64,000 nucleotides of DNA from the human T2T-CHM13v2.0 reference genome, Homo sapiens, in assembly GCF_009914755.1 (NCBI RefSeq), contig NC_060939.1. One strand, given 5' to 3'. Made by a program: the position numbers and the translations under genes. Below are positions 1-15,134 of this stretch, piece by piece (positions within the stretch are counted from its first letter, which is position 1; each line of letters begins with the position of its first letter). Below the pieces are notes generated by a model. It ran no database searches. It saw only the letters and a program-made list of their open reading frames with translations, and was not told where the DNA came from.

Positions 1-135
1 GCTGTAAGCCTTTGGTTAATTTTCAGAGTTTGGAAAAAGTGGATTCTGTCCATTTTTGCCAGCGTTCTCCTTGCTTTGGTGGAAAAGAGGATTATTGAAG
101 ATCCTTATTCTTCCATTTTTGCTAATGTCACCCCT
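1..135 (-). mobile_element. Old L1M 5'-terminal fragment
   Basis: tttggttaattttcagagtttggaaaaagtggattctg...ttgccagcgttctc resembles the reverse complement of old L1M 5' ends. Recognised by eye. Confidence 0.45.
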
Positions 136-1104
136 TCTGGTCGCTTTTTAAATGTGTCCTGGCCTGCCAGTTTTGTCTGTCTCCAACTCATCCTTCACAT
201 GGATGGCAGATTAATCCCTCTGAAGCCCAGCTGCGACCACATCATCACTTTAGAAACTTTTGATGGATTATACAGCTTCCTTCCTTGATCTGGTATGCAT
301 GACTTTCTGCAGCATAGCTGCAGCTCACCTTTCCCTAACTTTGACTTCTACAGTTTCCCTCATACCCTTACCAATTCCTAACTCAATTGAACTACCCATT
401 CTGGTGCCTACTTTCATGTTGTTGTTGTTGTTTTCATAATTTTTCTCCTGTTGTGAGAATGCAGGCTACTGGATGAGACTTGTTCTAATGGACCAGCAGC
501 TCACATGTTTTGTGTGTGAAAAGGATGATTAGCTAATGGATCAAAGTTTGAGAGGTGAGTTAGGGAAAGCTCGTCTGAGCTGTTTGTGAGCCAGCTGCCT
601 TTTCTGATTTATCCTTGCTGAGTCTATGAAGTTGAGCTCTGCTGATTCATCATTTGAGGGATCATGTATGATTAACATCAGCAAGAAACTTTCCACTTGA
701 ATTTTATGAAATTCTAGTGTCTCTAGGAAAGGTCTAGTATAAAACTGCAGCATTGTTCCAGGAACATAAGAATTGGATGTAGTCAACCTCCATCCACTTT
801 ATAATAGGCACTGTGCTTGGCCTTTGGGTAGTCTGAAAGTAGTATGCAATTTGTTATTTGACTTTGAGGAGTTTACAACCATACCAGGTTAATAGACCTA
901 AAAATGTAACTAAACGCCAGAAAAGATATTAGCAGCATGTAATATGTTAGTATTTTACTACAGCCAGAGGAGAGAGATACCAGAAAAGTCTCATTTGGAT
1001 GAGAGATTTGAATAGGGCGTTATAGGGTTTAGGAAGACAGAAAACCGGAAGGACTTTCAGAATAGGACATGGTCAAGGGACCTTCATACTTCAATATTTA
1101 GCAC

Positions 1105-1215
1105 AAAAGTCTTCTCAAAAGTGCAGATTCTGGGCTGTACCTCTAGTGAGTCTGAGTTAATAAACAGTTGCCAGCACCCGGGAATCTGCATTTTAACAAG
1201 CATCTTATTTACTTC
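1105..1215. mobile_element. MER5-type hAT-Charlie MITE fragment
   Basis: cagattctgggc...gggaatctgcattttaacaagcatc is the MER5 hallmark motif. Confidence 0.6.
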
Positions 1216-1348
1216 CAATGAGATTGAGTTAGGCTGTGACAAAGAAACTGAGGCAGAAGTGTTCATGAGGTATTCAAAATCTGATAAGTGGATTTTTACA
1301 TTTAATTATAGTATAAGTTTCAAACAAAGTAGTTGTGATTATTAATTA

Positions 1349-1428
1349 TAAGGTTTCTCAACCTCGGCACTATTAACATTCAGGGCCCAATAACTCTGTG
1401 TCTTGAGGGGCTGTTCTGTGCATTATAT
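1349..1428. mobile_element. MER20 fragment, truncated
   Basis: aggtttctcaacctcggcactattaacatt...gggctgttctgtgcatt matches a MER20 terminus. It breaks off into tandem repeats. Confidence 0.75.
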
Positions 1429-1488
1429 TAGTAGGCTACTTAGCTGTATTAGCAGGCTACTTAGCTGTATTAGCAGGCTACTTAGCTG
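1426..1488 (+). repeat. 21-bp tandem repeat x3
   Basis: Unit tattag(t/c)aggctacttagctg at 1426, 1447 and 1468. Confidence 0.95.
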
Positions 1489-1490
1489 TA

Positions 1491-1596
1491 TATATACAAT
1501 TATATATTATATATGATATATACAATTGTATTATATACAATTATATATTATATATGATATATACAATTGTATTATATACACTTATATATTACATAT
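1491..1596 (+). repeat. 41-bp AT-rich tandem repeat, about 2.5 copies
   Basis: Unit tatatacaattatatattatatatgatatatacaattgtat at 1491 and 1532, with a partial third copy. Confidence 0.9.
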
Positions 1597-1619
1597 ATTA
1601 TGATTTTTATTGATATATA

Positions 1620-1906
1620 TTTTTTGAGACCGAGTTTCACTCTTGTTGCCCAGCTGGAGTGCAATGACACAATCTCGTCTCACTACAACCTCTGCCTCCT
1701 GGGTTCAAGTGATTCTCTTTCCTCAGCCTACCAAGTAGCTGGGGTTACAGGCATGTGCCACCATGCCTGGCTAATTTTGTATTTTTAGTAGAGACGGGGT
1801 TTCTCCATGTTGGTCAGGCTGGTCTCGAACTTCCGACCACAAGTGATCCGTCCGCCTCGGCCTCCCAAAGTGTTGGGATTACAGGCGTGAGCTACCGTGC
1901 CCAGAC
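1620..1906 (-). mobile_element. Alu (AluSp-like)
   Basis: Full dimeric Alu in reverse complement. Carries tttctccatgttggtcaggctg and cactcttgttgcccag diagnostics. Confidence 0.95.
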
Positions 1907-2140
1907 AATTTTTTAAATGGTTTTATCTGCAGTTTTCATTCAGCTGCTTTTTCTTTAAAGTTGTTGCATTTACGCCTTTTTAAAATAAATATTTATAACA
2001 AAAATGTTTTAATTTTTCTCTTTGGGTTTTCTCAAGTTGGACTCTCTTGATTCTCCACCATTTAGCCTGAATTACTAGGTCCATATAAATGTAACATACT
2101 ATTTATGTTGATATAACAGAGATGTTTTGTGTTTTTAAAA

Positions 2141-2352
2141 TTTTTTTTTAGAGACAGGGCCTCACTATGTTGCCCAGACTGGAGTGCAGCAGTGCAATTA
2201 TAACTCACTGTAACCTCAAACTGCTGGTCTCAAGTGAAGCTCCTGCCTCAGCCTCCCAAGTGGCTAGGTCTACAGGCATGCACCACCATGCCTGGCTACG
2301 TTTTTAAAACATTGTTATAGGGATGGAGTCTCACTATGCTGCCCAGGCTGGT
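2141..2352 (-). mobile_element. AluJ, 5'-truncated
   Basis: Right arm plus part of the left arm, with diverged J-type ctcactatgttgcccag motifs. Confidence 0.85.
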
Positions 2353-2508
2353 TACAACGGAGTCTTATTTTCAGGAAATATCACACACTATTTCTCAATC
2401 TCCACAAAAATTCTTTGAAGTATGCATAGTATTCTCCCCAATGAGAATGTGTATTCATGTGTGTCTTCTTCATTTTTTTGTAAACCCAATGTAAAACTTG
2501 TTCAATCA

Positions 2509-2850
<342 letters not shown>

Positions 2851-3066
2851 AATATGAGGCTCTGGTTCAGTGGTTGGATGGAAAACTGAAAAGAACAATG
2901 GAAAGACAGTAGAGAGGCAATGGATTTTCATCTAGCTCTGGCTGGACAAAGTTCAAGACTTCAAGCAAGATACTCTACTGTCTGAAGCACATTTTTCTTG
3001 TTTATTAAAAAAAGCATACTTTTATGTATTAAGGGCACGGGTTCTACTTCAATCATGCTTCCATAA

Positions 3067-4290
<1,224 letters not shown>

Positions 4291-4659
4291 AAAAGATATC
4301 CAAAAGCTATTACTTGAAGGAATGAATCAGCAAATGATTGATTTCACCAGATGCCTGCTAATGCCCTCCTAGCACAAACATTCTAGGATCCTGTGAATTA
4401 AAGATTTTCACTACCAGCTAGTGTTCTGAATTCTCCACCTGTGACGGCAACTGTACATTCTTTCTCAAGGAATTTGCAATTAGATACTGTCTTCAGCAGC
4501 ATTAATTTCTTCTTTTTTCCCTGGAGGATCCCATAAGCAGACAAATGTGCTCTACTCTCTGCTACCTTAAAGCAAACCAACACAACAGAAAATAAAATTT
4601 TGACTTCAGATCCTTTATACCTGCAGCCCATGTTTCTTCTCTCTACTCACAGAAGAGTT

Positions 4660-5620
<961 letters not shown>

Positions 5621-7800
5621 CCAGAAAGACTGTTTTTTCCCCCATCCATTTCTATAGAAATTAAGCAAAAAAAAAACAAAAGAATATATGAAACAGTATT
5701 CTCTTTAAAAATATTTTTTCACTCTAAGGTCAAAGACATATACAGCAATTAAAATCTGAACTTCACTCTGTTGAACTGAGAGTTACTGTGGAATACACCC
5801 AGAGTGAAAATATATTCCTCAGTGGTTCAAATGCCAGATGACAACATGAAAAGCCGACACCCAACATCGCTGACAAGACAGTGACATATAGAAACATTGC
5901 AGGGGATGGGGCGGCAGGTGGGATGAGGCAGGTAAGTGTGAATGATGATACCAAATATATTCAGAAAGGTGGTTCTTAGAGAAGAAGTTTTTATATTAAA
6001 TTTGCTTGAAGATTATGCTACTATTAAGTTGTAACAAATGTACCTTAGGTATTACAAAGTATCAAAGGTGCTATATTTCACCAATGCCAATAACAGTCTC
6101 TAAGTCTATTATTCTAGATTTTTACAAATAATACCCATATTTAATCAATTGTTAACTACATAGTTAACTTGGTGATTATAATCAACTCACAGACCACAGT
6201 TTGCATGACAAGTTCCTGGTTGAGGGAAATGTGATCTCAATTATTTCAGAGCTCCTAGGGCAAGAACAGGATTCAATAAAAATGGGTTATGGAATTCTGC
6301 TGCACAAACTGTGTTGGGTATCTTCAGGTTTAGATTTGTTCCTTCTAGCTTCTGCTTTTTGTAAATGACAATCATATATTTTTGTAGGCACTGACTCCTT
6401 TTTATAATTACAATTCCATCTCACTAAGGGTAATCCTTATTCCTCACAACTTCCCTTGCATGTAACACTTAACATAGAAAGGAATTACACAGTAAACAAA
6501 AGATGGCGATAATGACAAAAAGAAGGTGGCTTTGAATGCAATAACAGAAGCCAGTGAAAGTGTCTTCCTTCCTGACACAGTTGGCAGATTCCAGTGATCT
6601 GCTGCTGTCACTTGGCTAGAGATTGATGTTCAATACATTTTAAACTCAGTAAGCGTCTTGCTGCTAGTAATTGGATCCCATTGATTTTTAATGAGTATAA
6701 TTGTCTCAGGGGTCACTGAAGCTACTTTGTTTCATTCCTCACTATGTATGTTAGCTTGGTTGTTAATGAGGTGAGCAGGAAAAGGGTTAACCAAAAGATA
6801 ACACTAGTTAGCCCCAAATTGAAAGGCAATAGAGTTGGGGAAAAGTGGAGGGAAAAATCTCTGGCAGAACAATGACTAATAATGGCAAACAATTTATTTG
6901 CTTCAAAGCTCATTGCAAAGGGCAATCATTGTTTCAAAAACAAAAGCTGTTGAATTATAATTGGGAGTAATTGAAACTCACCAAAATATTGAATAAAACA
7001 TTAGATATTTTAACCGGTGTTATCTTTATAATTATCTTCAGAAGTAATAGCAGTGCAGACCATGAGCTGCTGTGAGACTCACCCAAATCCCAGTGTCTTT
7101 GGCAGTCATTTTTGCCAAGTGTTTATTAGCAAGAGCCATGGCTAAGTGGACACCAGGTTCAACTGGTTGTCTCCGCATGGCACATCCTAAATGCACTACT
7201 GGGAAAAACCCAGTACAGATTCTGTCTCCAACAGAGTGGGCTTTGTGAATGCAACAAAGAAGTGCACCAGGCTGTGTGTCCTGCAACAGCTTCCATGGGC
7301 TCTGAGCAGTATTTTCACAAGCCATTATGATGTCACTCAGCATGCCATCTCCTGCAGCACAGCCTGGGCAGGGGCTATTATCTGCTATTTTCCAGCTGTC
7401 AACCTCACCATGTCTGCTGTCACATCATCTGTCCAACGGATTCCGACTTTGTGGCACATTCTCTCCTTCCACTTCTTGCCCTGCACCCATAGACAGGCTC
7501 TTCTTGTAGCCCATCTGCCGATGACACCAAACTGACAGCCAGAGTGGAATGAGGGCAGGAAGCTTAGGTGGCTGAGACTGGAAGGTCTTAGTCTGGCAGA
7601 GCATGAAGTCAGCCACAGATCACACAAAGATGGCAATGGCAGAATGCACAAGAAAGCTTTCTGTCCCCTCATTATCCTGTGAGAAATGATGGCAGGCATA
7701 TGCCTTACTCTATGGCAGTGCTCCTAGGACCTAACCCAGTGTCTGTTTGATAGATGAGTAATACCAGCTTGTTAAATAAACCTAATGAAAGAGTCTATAC

Positions 7801-8040
7801 AGCATAATGCTGTGATTGACAGCTAGAGCTCAGGAGTCAGACAGGGCTAGGTTCAAATCTTGCCTCCACTTGAATCCTAGTTGTGCCAGTAAGATAGGCT
7901 GAATAAACTTGGACAAGTACTTAACTGCTGTGCACCTCATTTTCACCATCTGTAAAATGGGAATAACAACAGCCCCAACTCATCCATGAATTAATGTAAG
8001 AAAACCACAGAAAACAGAGCCTGGCACACAGTGAGCCATC
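7801..8040 (+). mobile_element. MIR
   Basis: ggagtcagac...ggttcaaatc...cctcattttcaccatctgtaaaatgggaataac core. Confidence 0.8.
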
Positions 8041-11000
8041 CACAAGAACCCAGGGAGATCACCATCATCTTACATGGCCACGGTCGGTTTCCAAAGGGCA
8101 TGTAGAGTAGCCAAGGTGTCTCCTTCATGGCATACTGAACACTGAGCTGAAAGCATTCCTTACAACCAAACCTGTTGATGTCTTAAGAAAACAAGCTCAG
8201 AACATTGTTTAGACTTTTGCAACAATTCCCTGCCTGGGGTGAGCTGGGCTAGTCAAGGGAAACCCCTGAAGGCTCCCTTGCTTCTCAGCTTGAGAGTTAG
8301 ACTAGAGTCAAGTTGAGGAGCCCATTGTGGCTTTGTCCCCTGGACATTACTCCTCTAAAGGTAAAAGAAGAGAGTGAGCAAGAACAGAGGAGGAAAAGAA
8401 GCTTTCTCCCCTACCGCCTGTAACCATCTGACTAGTCACCTGCCCAGGGCTTCCTGTCTACCAGTACCACCTTCACCCAGGAGGCCTTCCCCAGTATGCC
8501 AGCTGTGTGAGAAGGACCTTGCCCCTTTTGCTGAACAGGGACCAAAAAGATCCAGAAAGCAGCCAGGATCTGGTCACAATGCCTTTATCCCTCTAACTAA
8601 AAGCCCTCAACTCCATTATCACAATCTAATCGTGTGGTTCCCAAAGTCACCATTTTTTAGTTTGACTCGTGAGAATATTTTTCCCACCAGACAAGTGGAG
8701 GAAAAGAGCTCCCCCTCCAATGTTAGTGAGTATATGGGATTGGGGTAAGGAAGGCACAAGGGGTTTGGCTAATGTTTGATGTTGGGAAGACCTTGGGAGG
8801 CTACCCAAGCTGAGCTGCTTGAGAAAAGAGATTAGGAGGGAGGGCTGGTTCTGATGCCTGGCCGACTATGAAAAGCGTGACACTTATGAAAACGGGTAAG
8901 CTATTTGAATCTGGGGGGCAAAGTCAAGGTCAAAATATTAAAGCTTGATTGGAGATACAGCTCACGCATGAAAGCTGGCACTGGGTCAGCTCAGATGTGG
9001 TCCAGATGCGGTCAGAAGCCTGATAAGTTTAGAGGCTTGTGACTTTCACTTCAGGCTGCATCTGATTGGACAAGATGTATGGCCATGGTGGAAGGATGTA
9101 ATAACGTAATCTTACATAGGATTTCTTAAAGGCAGTTCTGGACACTGTATACCTGGAGAGATAATTCACTAAAAATAAATAATGCCATCAGAAGAAGAAA
9201 CATTAAGGAAAGTGCCAACTATGATCTTGGAAGGATAGCAAAGGCACATTCATTTTCTGGCTTCTCAATGGCTTATAAAATAGAGCAGAAAGTAAAAAAT
9301 CATGTCTCGGTCTCTCTTGTGCTCACTCATTCTCCGATAAAAAGATTTATGGAATCACTTTGATTCTTAGAGTCCTTTCAAGATTGGTAAGCTTGATTGT
9401 AAACCTGCTCTTTAGCAAGAGAGGGTCATGTGATGAAAAAAATAACATTCTCCCTTCAGTCCACTTTTCCTCCCTGTCCAGCTTTAGGTGTGGCACCTCT
9501 CGAATAAAAATTAGAGGCATTGTCTGCTGTCCAGCAAGCAGACTGAGTGTGGGCAGGAGTTCTGGACCCTAGGAGAATTTCCATGCTATGATCAGGCTGA
9601 GTAAGTCCACATTTCTGGATACAGAAGATTAGGAGGAATTGGAAAGGCCCCTGAATAGGACAGCACGTGTCTCAGTTGAGGAGGAAAGCATTCACAGGGA
9701 GAACAGCAGCCAGTTATTGCTGCAAGGTGGGTCAGCCCTAGAGAGCCTCACTTTATCTTATTTACAGAAAAAGAAAGTGTGCAGCTTTTATTTATTTCTA
9801 AGTAAATTCCAATGAATGGCTGATACTCATTCAGACTTGCAAAGAGAGGATCTCAGATCTGCCACTGGAATCAGCTTTGTGTTCTGGGCTCATTTTCCCA
9901 AGATATTCAACACAAGCTAAAACTCACAGCAGCCACCTGCAAGTTCTGCAAGGGCTGGGCCCAGCCTGGCTCATTCTAGAGGGATGAAATCAGGCTCTGT
10001 GACATGCTCATTTCAAGCTCCTTACAATAAAAAAATAAATAAAAATCAAGCATCCTCTCTCCCTGAACTCCTCCAGCTAAAAGGCAGCTAACACTTCTGC
10101 AAGACCACATGTCATCCAGATGTGGAGTCTCTTTCTAAGCTGCAATGGCCGGCTCAGTAAATGGCAGAAAATCAGGAAGAGTTGCAAGAAGTCACCCCAG
10201 GGAGGGGAAAGAATGTTCCATGGAGAGGGATGGAGTGTTGGGGCTCGGCACAAGGAGAGGGCTCAACATCAGCAAGAACTGTTGAGTGGTTTGACTTTGC
10301 TTCCTCTGAGAACTGCTTCCAAGGCACATCACAGCTGGTGAGACCCTCTGGGTATTGGCTCCATATGCTATTTACCACTATGCAGTCTTGGCAGACTTGG
10401 AGTTTCTCACATGCATGCTGCCTTCAAGTACTTGAAGTAGATTCAAGTTGAATAAGAATTCAGCCAGAAGTCAGACCAGAACGCATGGGTGAGAGCTATG
10501 GAGAGGAGAACTTGGGCTCACTTGAAGTGACTTATTTGCCCACAAAGGGTTAACCAGAGAGTCATGTTGGCTAAGGAGGAAGAGCAGCATTGTCTTGTAA
10601 TCAGAGTATAATTTTTAAAAAACTTTCTTTACACTGTCGTGTCTACCTCTTATTGACAACACCGGTTTGCAAAACTGGTTGCTGGGAAAAAGGTGAATTA
10701 ATTCTCATAAAGAGTTCAGCACCTTCTTGGAGGAGAGGATCCATTATCCCACACTTCTTCCTGGAATTTGAAGCAAGAATACACATTGGAGTGGACCATG
10801 CAGATAATAGAAAAAGGACTCCAAAAATACTATGCTGAGAAAGAGAGTCTAGGCTGGTGATCTAGGTTCAAGGCAAGGTCCTCAAAATAGGTGGAAAATG
10901 CTGTTGCTGGCAGCTGTGACTATTGTTGAAAGGTACTAGACAGAACCCTCAGAACCCAACTGGGCACACCCCTGTGCTCTGGAATCAATGTTTTCACATG

Positions 11001-11182
11001 GGATTGCATCTGAAAAGAAGTGAAGTAGGAAGCACCCTAGAAAAAGGAATGGTCTTCACAAAGACTGTGTCCTGGAGCCAAGACGTTTTTTGAAACCGTA
11101 TTAATAATTTAAGCTTTTCAAAATGTTAGAACAATTGTGCCAGTTTATAAGCGCTAACACACATTGGGCTCTTCCCAAGAAT

Positions 11183-11325
11183 GGCAACATAGTTTGCAGG
11201 AACCAGTGAAAAAAGGAAAATGCAGGGCCCCTTGTTCAAAAATTATTAAGCATTTTAGAGACAAAGACAGCAGAGCACTAAACAAAACCAAATACAGTGC
11301 CTTTCTGTGTGACTGGCACTGATTC
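11183..11325 (-). mobile_element. MER45A-like hAT MITE
   Basis: aaaatgcagggccccttgttcaaaaattattaag...cagcagagcactaaac matches the MER45A reverse complement. Confidence 0.7.
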
Positions 11326-11369
11326 AGATACTATTCCAAGTGGTTCTCATGCAATAGGCAACTAAAACT

Positions 11370-11525
11370 ACCCAAAACATCCCTAGGAGGTGAGAGCTAT
11401 TATTATCTCTAATTCAAAATGAAACCCAGAGGCACTTGCCAAGGGATATCAGTCAATAGACGGTGGAGCCCAGATTGGCACTTGTACAATCCATCCTCCA
11501 GAGCAGCACTCCAACTCTTAATCCC
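11370..11525 (-). mobile_element. MIR
   Basis: ctattattatctctaatt...gaaacccagagg...cttgccaagg...ggagcccagatt. Confidence 0.6.
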
Positions 11526-11999
11526 TGAACCCATGGACCCTGAGAGAGACGAGGAGCCACCCAATCAAAGACATTATACGTAAGAACAGAATGAGCCCAC
11601 CCTAAAAAGAATAATGTTCCTGTCTCTGGAGGTATCCAAAGTGAAGCTGGGAAGCCAGTCTCAGAAATTTAAAAGAGGTGATGCATTTTCTGGGAAATAA
11701 ATAATGTAAGGAAAAGTGGAGTCCATTATTTATTGAATGAACCATAGCCACGATTGAGACTTTACTGTGCATTAAGAGTCATGCAGTCAGTGTGAAAAAT
11801 TAAGATTCTTGGTACATGGAGACGAGGGAATCTGAATCTTTAACATCTACAGATTCTGATTTGGTTGGCCAACAGGTCAGGGTTAGAGAAATAGTCACAT
11901 CTGTAAGAGGTAATTTTCAATTTCTCTTCCAATTCTAAGTTTTTTGTTTTCCTTTATTTCTGTGAAATGATTGCATGTTGAAAACACCACTGCTGTTTG

Positions 12000-12036
<37 letters not shown>
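12000..12036 (+). repeat. (CT)n microsatellite
   Basis: Read directly from the sequence. Confidence 0.95.
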
Positions 12037-12042
12037 GCCTCA

Positions 12043-12168
12043 TTTTTTTTTTATTATACTTTAAGTTCTAGGGTACATGTGCACAACGTGCAGGTTTGTT
12101 ACATATGTATACATGCACCATGTTGGTGTGCTGCACCCCTTAACTCATCATTTACATTAGGTATATCT
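12043..12168 (-). mobile_element. L1PA (about PA5) extreme 3' end, about 125 bp
   Basis: ttattatactttaagttctagggtacatgtgcacaacgtgcaggtttgttac...cattaggtatatct. Confidence 0.93.
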
Positions 12169-12259
12169 ATTTATCTCTTCTCCCTTTTGTCCAGATCACG
12201 CAATCCATCCCCACCACCAAGCAAGGGTCTGCTTTTCTACTCTTTATCATCACGCACTT

Positions 12260-12417
12260 TGTCTTAGTTCCAGCTGCTGTAATAGAATACTATGCACTGG
12301 GCAGCTTCAACAACAAACATTTATTACTCACAGTTCTGGAACCTGAGAAAATTAAGGTGCTAGCAGTTCCAGTTTCTGGTGGGAACACTCTTCCTGGTTT
12401 ATGGATAGTGATCTTCC
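12260..12417 (-). mobile_element. MLT1 (ERVL-MaLR) LTR fragment
   Basis: tgtcttagt...gctgctgtaatagaatac...aacatttattactcacagttctgga. Confidence 0.75.
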
Positions 12418-13088
12418 CTACTAATATTAGAGTTATGTATGTGTGCTCTGTCACCCTAAGTTGTGAATGCCTGGAAGGGGATCTCATATTCATCAGCTTT
12501 GCAAGGGTCTAGTTGTAGCCAGCGTTTTGAATATAAAAGAGGACCAATATAATTTTGTCCATATATACATCTGGATATTAACTTTGGGAGACAAGATGAC
12601 CAGGTGAGCCCTACATTCTAAGATTTCCCATGACTAGTCTGGCAGTATGACCTTCAGAACAGCCACTATAGCAGTGTCTATAAATATGAAGTGAAAAGAG
12701 AGAAGAGAATTAGTTTTGCTGATAATTAAGCTCAGAAATACATGTGCATCAATTATTCAGTTTCCACAAGTCCTCATTAATAGAGGTTTCTCAAGTGCAG
12801 ACAGAATAATAATTCACATGAGGACTGGCCTCAAGTTTATTTTTTCCCGTTCAGTAAAAGAAAAATAAAGTGGTAGGGAGGGGGGTCAATAGTAAGAGAC
12901 TGGTTAAGCAAATTAAAAGTGAAAGTGAAACAACTGGCTATGCATAACAGAGTATTTACCATTTTAACAGGGCCCATAAAAGAAAGGCACGATCTACAAG
13001 TGACCTTACTCTAACTCTCATATTTGTATTTCATATATATCCAAAAAAAACAAAGGATCTGAGATAGTTGAGACCCAGAAGCCTATAA

Positions 13089-13514
<426 letters not shown>

Positions 13515-13719
13515 TGAGGTTTTATTGTGTTTTTATAATACATTCTTGGGGATCTGGGTTACACAAGTTTACATTCATCTCACTCCTTCATTTTATGAGT
13601 TATCCATTTAAGCTTAGGTCTTCCTATAAATTATTTTTAAAAAGGAATTGTCTGATTCCCTTACAAATCTGGTTGGGTAGGAGACTATGACTGTACTTAG
13701 TAGAAATGTGTATAGTCTA

Positions 13720-14390
13720 CGATGCTACATTCTGGTGGAGACATCGGAAAAGATAACTCTCACATCCTTATATATTGGTAAAAGCACCGAGTAAAGAAAT
13801 TTGGCAATGTCTGCCCAAATCTAATTCAAAGTCTGCATAGTCTAAGACTCAGCAATTCCTCCTCTAGTTATTTCCTAGGAGGAACCCTTGCACGGGTACA
13901 CATGTGGGATACGTGAATAGCCGTAGTCACTAAGCATTGCAGCAATCAGTGAAGTCTTGGTTACAACACAGAGGACCTGGACAGGGCAATGCCACGCTCA
14001 GATGAAGGAATACTCTACAGCAGCTAAAAGGAATGGATTTGACCTACATGAGGTAAACAAAGATAGGCCTTAAAAACATAATGTTCCAAGAAAAAGGCAA
14101 GTTGAGGAACAGTAGTTAACACAGTTAAATGATTGGGTAAGGAACACCATTAGTGTACATTAGAAAAAATTTTTAAAACACTTTAGAAAACAAATGATAC
14201 ATTGCTTATGGAGATGTATACAACATATAGGAGGTAAGCATGTAAAAGCATGACTAACCCAAATATACTGCACATCAGCTTCAAGGTAATGGTTGCTGCT
14301 GGGGAGAGGGAGAGGAGAACGAAAGTGGAGAAGAGAAGGCTTCTGTCGCACCTGCCATGCTTTATTTGAAAAATTAGGCAAATGAATAAA
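13720..14390 (+). mobile_element. Old L1ME-type 3' fragment
   Basis: gactcagcaattcctcctctag...ggaatactctacagcagctaaaaggaatgg motifs. Confidence 0.6.
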
Positions 14391-14795
14391 TGAAACTTAT
14401 CCTTGACATGTGGTATAGAAAGTAATTCTTTCAAACTCTGAACATGGTTCAAGCTTCTTAATTGGAAACAGACTGTAGGTAGCAAAAGTTACCTCCATGA
14501 ACCCTACTTTTCTAAGCTTATTACTGAAGCTTGTGGTCGAGATTGGTGATTCCTTGTAAAATTTCAGAGAGCTGATGATAGAGCACCTTTGCTTCAGGAT
14601 GTTAGGGACATAATTGGGAAGGAGGGCTAGGGGAGTGGTGTGAATGAGGGCAAATTGGGGCAAAAAGGAGTATTTATTGAATATCTTGTCTGAAAAATGA
14701 TTTATAAGATTTAGGGAAATAATGCAACTGCATAATTGAGCAATGCATGTAAATGCAATCAAAATGCATCCATGTGAGTGTGTGTTATATGTGCT

Positions 14796-14816
14796 CGCAT
14801 GCGCGCACGTGCACGT

Positions 14817-14849
<33 letters not shown>
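14796..14849. repeat. Alternating purine-pyrimidine tract: CG-rich palindrome plus (CA)n
   Basis: cgcatgcgcgcacgtgcacgtgcgc(ac)n, with uninterrupted RY alternation. Confidence 0.95.
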
Positions 14850-14852
<3 letters not shown>

Positions 14853-15134
14853 CACAAACCTGTCCAAAAGCACTAAGACAGAAATCCAAAAAAGCAGAAG
14901 AAACTTTTTCTCCTGACTTTTGATCCAGGCTAACTGAAGCATCCCTAAAGAAATCAACCCAAACCACACCCAGATTCCAGGGCCTTCAGACTGGTATGCA
15001 ACTGCATGGTAAATAGCCAGAGACATAAAATATTTGCTGATTGTCTTCCAGCCTCTGCTACGGGACACTGGGTAGCAAAGACCCCAAACAATGTCTGCAA
15101 GTTGGGAATTTAATCTAAATATGAAGCCTGTCTA

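Noticed and set aside
1426-1596. Short direct repeats as a CRISPR-like array
   Set aside because: Head-to-tail units with no unique spacers, in a eukaryotic context.
14397-15068. 223-aa minus-strand ORF, the longest non-L1 ORF
   Set aside because: Non-ATG start, reads through (TG)n giving VCVCVC, and has no recognisable domain. Consistent with a chance ORF.
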